From Octopus vulgaris (lineage: Eukaryota): a DNA stretch of 64,000 bases. The notes under the pieces are model-generated. The model worked only from the letters and a program-made list of their open reading frames with translations. It was not told the origin of the DNA and ran no database searches. A program made the position numbers and the translations under genes. This document shows, in pieces, positions 28,224 to 40,570 of the stretch. Position 1 is the stretch's first letter; every line of letters begins with the position of its first letter. The stretch is from NCBI GenBank assembly GCA_951406725.2, contig OX597830.1, positions 32,984,001-33,048,000 of the forward strand, written 5' to 3'.

Positions 28224-28410
28224 TATATAATTTGTTTATAGGTGTGTTCATGTGTGTGTTTTGTGAGTGTGTTTACATAAGTACCCAAATATTGTATATA
28301 GTTATATGTGAATACTGTGCTTGTACAAAGTTCACACAGGCACACACACACACACACAACACACACAAATGTAAAAACACACATTACACAGGTGAAGGGC
28401 ATACACACAT

Positions 28411-28455
<45 letters not shown>

Positions 28456-28904
28456 CCAACATAACTTATGACATACATGCAGTCATGTGAATAGATACAT
28501 ATCTCAAAGCATATTTGTACTTGAAGAGAAAAAAAAATAATATTTGTAAAACATCGTCCCCCTTTAAAAAACACGCATAAAAAATTTGCAAAGGAAATGT
28601 TTTAATGTCACCGACATTGTTGCAAGTTTTATTGTAAATATATATGAACATAAAAACGGTGCACGGCGTGGGTGACGTGGGGGGTTGAACGAGAGGTTAA
28701 AGAAATAAAAACAAATGGTAAAGTAAAGAAAGTGAGAATCTTTAATGTAACAGAATGAAAGAAAGTGAAGAAAAGCAAAAAAAAAAAAAAAGTAGGAAGG
28801 GAAAATTAACTCGCTACTATGACAACGATAACGAAGACAAAAATGCATAATGAAGTTGACAACATGAGGAATGTATGCAGTTGCTTACGTACCACATAGG
28901 TGCA

Positions 28905-29300
28905 TCCATATCAAATCGTTGTGGCACTCCGTCGGTAAAGACGACGAGGGTTCCATTTGAACTGATCAACGGAACAGCTGGCTTGTGAAATTAACGTGCA
29001 AGTGGCTGAGCACTCCACAGACATGTGTACCCTTAATGTAGTTCTTGGGGAGATTCAACGTAACACAATGTGACAAGGCTGGCCCTTTGAAATACATGTA
29101 ATAGAGAAATAGGAAGAAAGAGTGAGAGAAAGCTGTGGTGAAAGAGTACAGCAGGGTTCGCCACCAGCCCCTGCTGGAGCCTCGTGGTCCTTTAGGTGTT
29201 TTCGCGCAATAAACACTCCCAATGCCTGGTCTGAGAATCGGAACCAAGATCCTACGACCACGAGTCTGCTGCCCTAATCACTGGGGCCATTGCGCTTCCA
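28905..29300 (-). mobile_element. SINE family T (long form)
   Basis: Head reverse at 29230-29300; body shared with 56520-56875. Confidence 0.8.
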
Positions 29301-29689
29301 CACACATAGCGAATAAGGAAAGAGAGATGATGTGTACTTTTGCTAACTATAAAAAAAAACAACAAAAAAAAAACAATCTTTAAAAAAAAATTAAAGGAAG
29401 AAAATTATAACAATATCAACAGTCATAAATAATAATCTCAACTGGAGCCAAAATGAATAAAAAAAATAATCAAACAACCCCAAAAACAGTCATTAAAAAT
29501 ACAAAACCCCCCACCACATTCCCATTCTTTTTCTTTATTTGACAGTATGCATCAAATTTTAGGTTTTTAGAAGTTGTTGTGATGTTGGTTGATGGTGTGT
29601 GTATGTGTGCATGTGTGTGTGTGTGTGTGATTTTAGGAGAATTGCACACACTCACGTGCAAGCATGGATATATGAACTCAAGTAAGTAC

Positions 29690-32075
29690 AAATAAACACA
29701 CACACACACACACACACATACATATACACAGAATTAGGCAAATACACACAAACACATACACATACAAATACATACATATCCACACACACATATACATATA
29801 AAAATGCACACACACATATACATATACAAGCACACACACTTATGCATACAACTGCATGCACACACATGCATACACCTGCACAAACATATACATACACCTG
29901 CACACACATATATATCTGCATGCACACACACATACACATATATTCATGCAAATACACACATGCAAATACATATACATCCAAACACACACACATATACGTA
30001 CACATGCACACATACATATGTATGCACACATGCACACACATGCATATACAAATACATACACATCTACACACACCTTCACACATTTATGCATGCACCTGCA
30101 CACATAAATACATACACCTGCACACACATATGCATGCACACATGCACATGCTCTCACACACACATGCAAAAACATCCACATCCACATCCACACACACACT
30201 TATGCATACATCTACACACACATATACATACACCTGCACACATATATACATACACCTGCACACACATATCCATACACCTGCACATAAATATACATACACC
30301 TGCACACACACACATACACACACCTGTACATTTATATATCTACACCTGCACACACACACATATACATATACCTGCACACACACATATACATACACCTGCA
30401 CACACACATACATGCACCTGCAAACACATATACATACACCTGCACACACACACACATACATATACCTGCACACACACACATATACATACACCTGCACACA
30501 CATACATGCACCTGCACATGCATATACATGTGCATGCACACATACACATACACACACACATACATACCCTCTCTCTCACATACACACACATTCATGCAAA
30601 TACATGCACATACATACAAATACATAAACATCCACACACACACATATACATACACCTTCACACAGATATACATATATACACCTTCACAATATATACATGC
30701 ACCAGCACATGCATATGCATACACCTGCACACACACAGATATACATGCATGCACACATACACAAACTGTTTATCTCACACACACACACACAGATTCATGC
30801 AAATACAGGCACACACACATACAAAAATATGTACATCCACACGCACACATATAAATACACCTGCAGACACACAAATATAAATACATACATCTTCACATGC
30901 ATAAACATACACCTTCACACACATATACATACACCAACACACACATATGCATACACCTGCACATATATACAGATACACATGCATGTACACATACACACAC
31001 TGTCTGTCTCTCTCTCTCACACATACACACAGATTCATGCAAATACATGCACACACACATACATATAAATATATGTACATCCACACACACACACATGTAA
31101 ATACACCTGCACACACACACCTATACATACACCTGCACACACATGCATATACATATATACACCTTCACACACATATACATACACCAGCACATACATATGC
31201 ATACACCTGCACACACAGAGATACACATGCATGCACACACACATATAAATACACCTACACATACACACCTATACATACATCTGCACACACACATATACAT
31301 ATATACACTTTCACACACATATACATACACCAGCACACACAATATGCATACACCTGCATTCAGACACAGATACACATGCATGCACACATACACACACTGT
31401 CTGTCTCTCTCTCTCACACACACAGATTCATGCAAATACATGCGCAAACACACATAAAAGCATATGCACATCCACACACACACACACATATAAATACACC
31501 TGCACACACACACACATACATACTCCTGCACACACACACACATATACATATATACACCAGCACACACATATGCATACACATGCATTCAGACACAGATACA
31601 CATGCATGCACTCATACACACACTGTTTGTCTGTCTCTCTCACACACACACACAGATTCATGCAAATACATGCGCGCACACACATACAAGTATATGCACA
31701 TCCACACACACACACACATATAAATACACCTGCACACACACACATACATACTCCTGCACACATACACATATACATATATACACCAGCACACACATATGCA
31801 TACACATGCATTCAGACACAGATACACATGCATGCACACATACACACACTGTCTGTCTGTCTCTCTCACACACACACAGAGATTCATGCAAATACTTGCG
31901 TGCACACACATAAAAGTATATGCACATCCACACACATATAAATACACCTGCACACACACACACACACATACATACACCGGCACACATACACATATACATA
32001 TATACACCAGCACACACATATACATACACCAACACACACACACACACGCACACACGCGCACACACACACACACAC
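29690..32075. repeat. CA-rich cryptic satellite with ~200-230 bp higher-order unit
   Basis: Landmark tctctc(ac)n(ag)attcatgcaaatac recurs at ~30570, 30770, 31000, 31400, 31625 and 31850. Confidence 0.85.
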
Positions 32076-32621
32076 AGCACAGAGCTCACACTGTTTGTGT
32101 TATTCTGTACAGTAATCCTGTGGAAATTTTATCAGGTAGTGTTTAGGTATATTTTACATGAAAGAAACTCTCAAACATACTTGATATTTATTAACAAATT
32201 TGTTTATTCTTTTTTTTATATAAATTCTATATTACATATTTTCTTTTATTAACTTATCTATATAGATATATATATATTTTATTTAAATATTTTTGTTTTT
32301 ATGCTTTTACTTTATTTTTTTACTTATCATACACATTTGTTTTTTTTTTATTATTTCTTATTCTCTCCTCCTTCCATTCTTTCTTTCTGTTTCTATCTTA
32401 TTCTCTGTGCCCTTCACCCCACCCCACTCCCACACCTGCCATATCACTACTGCCACCGCCACCGCCACCACCACTCTTTCTCCCCCCTGCCACCGCCATC
32501 CCATTATTCTTATTCTGGAAAATTTCATTTTAGTGATTTTTGTGTCAATTATTTCATGTTCAAACTGTTTATCATGTAATTTAAAACTGACAACAACAAC
32601 AACAATGACAATGAAAATGAA

Positions 32622-32683
<62 letters not shown>

Positions 32684-33122
32684 TGATGATGAGGATGATG
32701 ATAATAATAATAAAATCAATAATGATAATAATTTCTTTGTGTATACCTGAGTATATATTTGTATGTGTGTGTGTGCATGTGTATGTATATATGTGTGTGC
32801 ATGTGTATGTATATATATGTGTGTGTGTGTGTGTGTAATGGTCATAGTAAGTTTTTGTGTTCTCGCTGCTGCTACTGCTGCTGCCGCTGCTACTGCTGTT
32901 GCTGCTGCTGCTACTACTACTGGTGCTGTTGTTGTGGTTGTTGTTGCACTTCTGTTATTGTTATATTCATGTAATTTTCTTTTTATTACATTATTTTATC
33001 CTTCCATTTCACTGAAAACAAACAAAACACACACGAAAAATATAAAAATAAAAAAAGCCAAGACAAAAACAAAATACCAAAAAAAAAAGCAAAGCAAAAC
33101 AAAAGAAGACAAATCAACTCAC

Positions 33123-33165
33123 CCTCGCTGAATGCTGATCTAGCGAGTAAAATGTCTAACCACAA
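33123..33165 (-). CDS. Candidate 43-nt exon (minus strand)
   Basis: ttttttgatacag acceptor, G|gtgagt donor, single open frame LWLDILLARSAFSE, U-rich downstream intron. Confidence 0.25.
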
Positions 33166-33241
33166 CTGTATCAAAAAACCAGAAGTTTGAATATATATAT
33201 ATGTATATATATACATATATATATGTATATATATAAATAAA

Positions 33242-33303
<62 letters not shown>

Positions 33304-33499
33304 TATGTGTGTGTGTATGTGTATGTGTGTATATATATATATGTATGTATAAGTATAATTGATGAATAGCTAGTATTTGGTTGTCTGGCTGATGGTTATG
33401 TAGATAAATTTTAAATTTTTGACTGTAATGTTCTAACTACTCGTAGAAAGCATAAGTGAAAAAAATAGCTATTTTTCCTGGCAAAAATTTTGAATTTTC

Positions 33500-33542
<43 letters not shown>

Positions 33543-34076
33543 GCATGTAGATGCAGACACACACACACACACACATACACTACCCATGCAAAATTACATT
33601 TTTTTTTTCTGAATACTTAACAGAATTACAGCGGTTCAATAAAGACTTCTCTGTTTCAAAAAGCAGTGGTGTATGATTGAGTTTGAGAATATATATTTGC
33701 ACATCTGTGTGTTGTTACTTGTCTCCAAGTGTGTAAATTCTATTATTATACATACTATAAGCATTTCTCTATCAAACACTTTTATACATGCATAAGTTGT
33801 TTGTTTTTTGTTTTGTTTTTTTTTCACCAGGATTGTATATATTTATAAACAGTTAGTCTACTCTGGATATCTTAGTCATAAACAGTTTGTTTATTACTGA
33901 GTCTGTTTAAGCCTATATACTTGCACAAATCTCTGATTTTGTATACGTTAGATCAGTCACCTACGCCTGTATAAGTCTCTAAACAGGAGTGCATTTTTGT
34001 TTGCGCATGTGTTTCTCTGTAGATAAGTATGAGCTTATCAGTTTATCTTGAATGTATATGCTTTATATATATATAT

Positions 34077-34490
34077 AGGCGGAGGAGTGGCTGTGTGGTA
34101 AGTAGCTTGCTAACCAACCACATGGTAGCGGGTTCAGTCCAACTGCGTGGCATCTTGGGCAAGTGTCTTCTGCTATAGCCCCGGGCCGACCAATGCCTTA
34201 TGAGTGGATTTGGTAGACGGAAACTGAAAGAAGCCTGTCGTATATATGTATACATTTGTGTGTGTGTATGTATGTGTGTGTGTCTGTGTTTGTCCCCCTA
34301 GCATTGCTTGACAACCGATTCTGGTGTGTTTACGACCCCGTCACTTAGCGGTTCAGCAAAAAGAGACCGATAGAATAAGTACTGGGCTTACAAAAAGAAT
34401 AAGTCCCGGGGTCGAGTTGCTTGACTAAAGGCAGTGCTCCAGCATGGCCGCAGTCAAATGACTGAAACAAGTAAAAGAGTAAAATAGTAA
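34077..34490 (+). mobile_element. Best-preserved full-length SINE A
   Basis: A and B boxes, core, internal repeat and (gtaaaa.a)n tail; many intact CpGs. Confidence 0.92.
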
Positions 34491-34491
34491 A

Positions 34492-34574
<83 letters not shown>

Positions 34575-34685
34575 TGTTGTTATTCATCTATTAAATGTGA
34601 GTGGATTGATTATGTCTGTATACTTACATGAGAATGTGTTTTATCTGAAGATTGTCATGAGACTGTGTTTTGGTACAACAGAGGT

Positions 34686-34727
<42 letters not shown>

Positions 34728-34879
34728 CTGTAAGTATATTGATTTACCAATGCCTACATGTATATTTGGTAAGTGAAGTGTATGTTTCTGTATTGGAAAC
34801 TGATTCACATTTGTGCCATCAGAGAAGCTAGGCATTTGGACATTTGGACATACTGTTTCTGTGTGTATGTGTGGTGTGC

Positions 34880-34910
<31 letters not shown>

Positions 34911-34932
34911 TGTATGTATGTATGTATGTATG

Positions 34933-34963
<31 letters not shown>

Positions 34964-35297
34964 GTATGTATGTATGTATGTATGTATGTATGTGTCTATT
35001 GCCTATCTATTTGTCTACCTATATATCTATATATCAATCTATCTATTTACCTATCTATCTATCTATCTATCTATTTATCTATCTATCTGTCTGTCTGTCT
35101 ATTTATTTATTTGTCTGTCTATCTATCTACTTGTCTACCTGTCTGCCTGTCTATCCATCTGTCTGTTTGTCTATCTATCCATCTACCCATCTATCTACCT
35201 ACCTACCTACCTACCTACCTACCTACCTACCTGCCTACCTACCTACCTGCCTGCCTACCTACCTACCTATCTATCTATCTATCTACCTAGCTATCTC

Positions 35298-35421
<124 letters not shown>

Positions 35422-35512
35422 CCTACCTATATATATATATATCTTTATCTGTCTATCTCTCTCTCTCTATCTCTTTGTCTATCTGTCTATCTCTCTATCT
35501 ATTCTTACACAC

Positions 35513-35556
<44 letters not shown>

Positions 35557-35707
35557 GCACTCATAAAACACAGATTGGTTAAGATGAGGAAAATGAAGTG
35601 ATCGAATTGATATTTACTCCATTAGTTGACAGCTGTTTCGTAATCTATGTTATTTACATAAACAATGCTACACCATTGTCTCACATATATAAATATACAT
35701 ATGAATA

Positions 35708-35861
35708 TATGTGGCTGTGTGGTAAGAAGCTTGCTCCCCAACCACATGGTTCTTGGTTCAGTTCCACTGTGTGGCACCTTTGGCAGGTGTCTTCCCCTAC
35801 AGCTTTTGACCAACTAGAAACTTGTAAGTAGCTTTGGTGGACAGAAACTGAAAGAAGCCTG

Positions 35862-35920
<59 letters not shown>

Positions 35921-36390
35921 TGCATGTATCTATGTATGTGGGTGTTTATTGGACACCCTGCAGGATGAAAAACAAAACCCATCAAAGAGCGAATGAACTC
36001 TTGAGAGTCAACGGCCATCCAATGGCTGTATCCAATGGTCTTAAGGCTGTATCATGTGTGGGGACATAGAAATAATTGGACTAAATACCTGATCGCGTGA
36101 TTAAACCATTGGGAGTGAAGTACTCTTAGCTTTTCCTCACTTAAAAAAAAAATCTTCTTGCACAGGCATTGCACGATAACAACATTGATTAAGCTTCGTG
36201 CAATGGCCATACTCGATAACGAGGGGGCAGCCACCATGTATGTATGTGCAAATATTTATGTGTGTGTGTTTGTCCCCTAGTCATCACTTGACACCCGATG
36301 CTGGTGTGTTTATGTTCCTGTAACTAAGCAGTTCGGCAAAAGAGACTAATAGGATAAGTACTAGGCTTATAAAGAATAAATCCTGGGGTT
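35708..36390 (+). mobile_element. SINE A with a ~290-bp RTE-like insert (35945-36240)
   Basis: Insert ends with hairpin cattgcacga/tcgtgcaatg and an (atgt)n tail, inside the SINE microsatellite. Confidence 0.65.
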
Positions 36391-36442
36391 TTTGATGGGC
36401 ATCAGGGTGCAGTGTGTTACCAGAAAGGAAAACTAAGTGTGT

Positions 36443-36632
36443 CTAGGGTGTTAGAAACACTTACATTGCTAGAAATAAGAGCTAAAATGCTCTAATACAT
36501 AATTCTATGCATTGTGTCTTTGGGTGATTATCGTCCCCGTCAGTGTATATACATACAATCATGTGCTCTGACAACAGCATTAGAGCATTTTAGCTCCTAT
36601 TTCTAGCAACGTAGGTATTTCTAACACCCTAG
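36443..36632. repeat. 54-bp imperfect inverted repeat
   Basis: 36443-36496 versus 36579-36632, 4 mismatches. Confidence 0.85.
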
Positions 36633-36643
36633 TCATACATATA

Positions 36644-36692
<49 letters not shown>

Positions 36693-36701
36693 CATACACA
36701 T

Positions 36702-37240
36702 ACAGGGTGCATAAGATATTTGAGGACATACGGTTTTTGTGTCATTGCTGCACTTTTTAATAACTCTGTATAATCTTTGTCTCAGAAAATAATAATGGTA
36801 GACCCTCAGCTTACTCAAGAAATAAAGAGGCATGCTGTTATTGTGGTTATAAAGGCTGAGCATAGCAATTTAGAAATATCTCTATTTTTAAAAGTTACCA
36901 GGTCTTTCATCTACAAAGTTTGTCAGGAGATAGAGACTGAAAATTGAAACGTATCACCAGTATCAAAGCATAAAAAGTATTCTAAATGCTCTGAAATCAT
37001 CAGAACGCTTGAATTTATCCAGCAAGTTCAACAGACCATTGATTACTATCCCAGAAAGTCCATGCAGTCAGTTGCAAAAGATCTCCATGTGTCAGAAGGA
37101 ACAGTCAGAAATGTTATCCACGAAGACATCAGATATGTCTTATATTATGAGGAAAGATCAATTTATCAGAAAAAGCAAAAGAAAATCACTACATCAGATC
37201 TAAAAGGCTCTTAAACAAACTGAGAAATCCAGTAGAAGAT
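36702..37240 (+). mobile_element. Tc1/mariner (maT/DD37D-like) 5' part with transposase HTH region
   Basis: TA+CAGGGTG terminus; translation AEHSNLEIS..IRTLEFIQQVQQTID..PRKSMQSVAKDLHVSEGTVRNVIHEDIRY. Confidence 0.75.
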
Positions 37241-37491
37241 TTGTATATATATATATATATACAAAATAAGAAAATGGAGAAATACATCAAAATCAAATAT
37301 CCATTACCAGATAATACTCAATCACATACTTTATTAAACCACTACATAAGAAACTATAAGGTTAAACATAATAATGCAGGGTAAAGCAGTGTACACGAAG
37401 GAGTGTACATAAAATAGTAATGTTATACAATAAGTAGAATATGTATAATAGAACATAAATATATGTACACATAAATATAAATATAGACTAT

Positions 37492-37618
37492 ATCTTACAG
37501 CTGTTTCGGCCATGTAGATAAGTATGTCTCATTCAACTCATATTAGCCATTTATGGTAGGTCAATATGTAGTTATAAATGAGACATTTACAAAAACATCC
37601 TAAGGCCTCTTCGGAGAT
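37492..37618 (-). ncRNA. Type-I hammerhead motif, CCGAAGA core, ~90-nt stem-II insert
   Basis: Minus: aucu CCGAAGA ggcc..ggcc GAAA cagcug UA agau; stem I, base of stem II and palindromic stem III all intact; (TA)n-flanked. Confidence 0.6.
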
Positions 37619-37692
37619 TACAAATTAGATTACATATATACTTATAAAGGTGTATCCCATGGTGGGTTGCATTTACAACCCCTATCTCAATT

Positions 37693-37736
<44 letters not shown>

Positions 37737-38660
37737 AGCCATGATAGTGTGGTTAAGAAATTTGCTGTAGAACTACATGTTTTAAGACCACATGGCATAG
37801 TTCCTCAAGCAGTTGTCTTGCATTAGGAATTGTGCTGATCAATGTCAGTTGACTTTGCAAAAAGAAATTGAAAGAAGCCTCTTATATTCATATTTGTGGT
37901 TTTATGTTTATATTCGAATGTATGTATGTATGTGAAATATATTACTTTTCTGATATAGGTTAACCTTGATTTGAGCGATCAGATGTTAAAATCATTGAAG
38001 CCATAACTATCCCAGCTTTCTTTGTCATAGAATCTTAGAACTACAATATTCTGCCATTTATAAATTGTTAATGAATATTTTGAAGGGAATTTGGCTGTTA
38101 TTTCTAGCAGCTTGAATAACTCCCACTGAGTCAGCTTTGCTGGCTTAATCCAGAAAGTTTAATTCTCTATATTTCATGCAGTCATTTTCTACACATGAAT
38201 TTGTATACAAATTATGTCTTCTTTGCTTGTGTGTATACATGTGCAGGTGCGTTCATGCATGTGTCTGTGTATACGTGTGTTTGTGTGAATCTAGGCTTAA
38301 GATTGTTGGCAATTTTAATGCTATTTAGAGGAAACTCAAAACTTATGAATCAAAAATGTTGATCTGTTTATTCTTATTGTATGTTTGTTTCAACACAGTA
38401 ATCTTGTCACGTAAAAGAAATGGCTTACTTTTAAAAGTATACACTTGATCTCATAATCTACTAGTTATATTATCTTCATAACTGGATTGTTAGTTATTTA
38501 TTTAAATTAACAAAATCTTCAAAATACAAAATGGATTTGTATTTGTTTTTGTATACTTATAATGATCTGCAACATTTTTTTCTCTTTCTTTCACTCTCTC
38601 TTTTTTTTTTTTCTAATATCCTTTGGGAATCTGTAGTACTCAGAGTTTATATTCTTCTTC

Positions 38661-38693
<33 letters not shown>

Positions 38694-38705
38694 TTTTAGC
38701 GTATT

Positions 38706-38962
38706 TATTATTTTTTATTTTATTTTATCTAGTTTCAGCTCACGAGCTTGTGGCCATGCTGGGGCACCGCCATTTGGTGTTGCTACATGATTTTTACTTC
38801 ACAAATGCTTTTTAGCAACTGCCATTTGGTGTATGAGAGAGTTCGATGCAGCTGCCCTCATCTGCACCTCCTGCCGTGAAGTTGGTTCATCTGGGACACC
38901 TGACAGGAAGAGATCCAGTCCTACTTTAAAGACATCTGCATCCACCCCATGCAGGTCCCTCT
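38706..38962 (-). mobile_element. CR1-like LINE 3' end (ORF2 C-terminus and 3' UTR)
   Basis: RDLHGVDADVFKVGLDLFLSGVPDEPTSRQEVQMRAAASNSLIHQ followed by UTR and (taaaa)n tail. Confidence 0.75.
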
Positions 38963-38965
38963 TGG

Positions 38966-39235
38966 TTAGACGGCTTGGCCAGGGGTGGTAAGCTGAGAGG
39001 CCGCACCAGATTCCAGTCTGATTTGGCATGGTTTTTCTGTGACTGGATGCCCTTTCTAATGCCAACCTTCTCCGAGAGTGTAACGGGTGCTTTTACGTGC
39101 CACCAGCATGGGTGCCGGTTGCATGACACCAGTATCTGCCACGACTACAATTTCACTTGGTTTGATGGGTCTTCTTCTCAAGCACAGCACATTGCCAAAG
39201 ATCTCGGTCATTTGTCATTATCTCTGTAAGACCCA
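38966..39235 (-). mobile_element. Family R element
   Basis: Diagnostic body; abuts the LINE fragment. Confidence 0.7.
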
Positions 39236-39428
39236 GTAATTCTACATATTTTACACTTATGCTACCATATTTCTATCGAAATACATTGTCATTTCAATTA
39301 ATCTTAGAAATGGTGCACAACTTAATAAAATAGCTTTGGCATTTTATTATAATGGTGTCTGAATCTTATATGAACATTCCTTACTCATAATTGCAGAAGG
39401 CAGTTTTGTATTCCAATCTATCTTTTAT

Positions 39429-39480
<52 letters not shown>

Positions 39481-39490
39481 GCTGCTGCTG

Positions 39491-39528
<38 letters not shown>

Positions 39529-39848
39529 ACTACTACTACTACTACTACTACTGCTACTGCTACTGCTGCTGCTGCTGCTGCTGGTGTTGCTGTTGTTGCT
39601 GTTGTTGTTGTTGTTGTTATTATTATTATTATTATTATTATTCAGGTTACTGCCTGGAATCAAACTCAGAATCTTGGGGTTAGTTGCCTGCACTCTTAAC
39701 CACTACAACATAAGCCCATGGGCATATGATCTAAATTAAAACCCTTCCAATGAAATTTCCTGATGATATAAGTTTCAGACACCATTACAAAATGCCAAAA
39801 CTATTTTATTAAGTTGTTCATCATTCCTAAGATAAAAGAAAACAATTA

Positions 39849-40283
39849 ACATTTACATTTGACAGATATTTGTCCTCATCTTGTTTGTTGTTAACACCAC
39901 ATTTCAGCCGATATACCCGCCAGCCTTCATTAGGTGTCTTGGGGAAATTTCGAACCTGGGTTCTCATTCATAAGGTATTTTTCGATGTTATTATTATTAT
40001 TATTATTATTATCATTATTATTATTATTCAGGTCACTGCCTGGAATCGAACTTGGAATCTTGGGGTTAGTAGCTCGCGCTCTTATCCACTATGCCATACG
40101 CCATAATAATAATAACATTGAAAAATACCTTAGGAATGAGAACCCAGGTTTGAAATTTCCCCAAGACACCTGATGAAAACTGGAGGGTATATCAGCCGAA
40201 ACGTTGTGTTAACAACAAACAAGATGAGGACAAATATCCGTCAAATGTAAATAATGTACATAATGACTCGTTTCTTAAATATA
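39849..40283. mobile_element. tRNA-headed, hammerhead-bearing element with inverted duplication of its 3' body
   Basis: Minus copy 40102->39849 (head, (AAT)n, body with HHR) abutting a headless plus copy 40103-40283. Confidence 0.75.
40166..40209 (+). ncRNA. Minimal type-I hammerhead motif
   Basis: acac CUGAUGA a aacug..cagcc GAAA cg UU gugu; palindromic ACGU stem III; stem II weakened by two substitutions relative to the 53 kb copy. Confidence 0.6.
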
Positions 40284-40349
40284 GATGACATTAAACTGAA
40301 GGATTACTCAGTACATTTGTGGTGTGTTTATTATACATTTACAAAACTT

Positions 40350-40570
40350 AAGTCCACACTGTGGAGTGGTTGATGTTAGGAAGGGCATCCAATCGCAAAA
40401 ACGATGCCAAAACAAACACAGAAGCAGGGTGCAGGCTTCTGCCTGGCCAGCTCCTGTCAAAATGTCCAACCCATGCCAGCATGAAAGGCGGATGTTAAAC
40501 GATGATGATGACGACGACAACGATGACGGCTACGACGATGACGACGACGATGATGATGATGATGATGAAG
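40350..40570 (+). mobile_element. Family R 3' part with (GAT/GAC)n tail
   Basis: aggaagggcatcc...ccaacccatgccagcatg..gttaaacgatgat. Confidence 0.75.

Noticed and set aside
35945-36010. Possible 3' half of an HDV-like ribozyme (..gagcgaatgaac)
   Set aside because: The 5' partner strands are missing, so the fold cannot be built.
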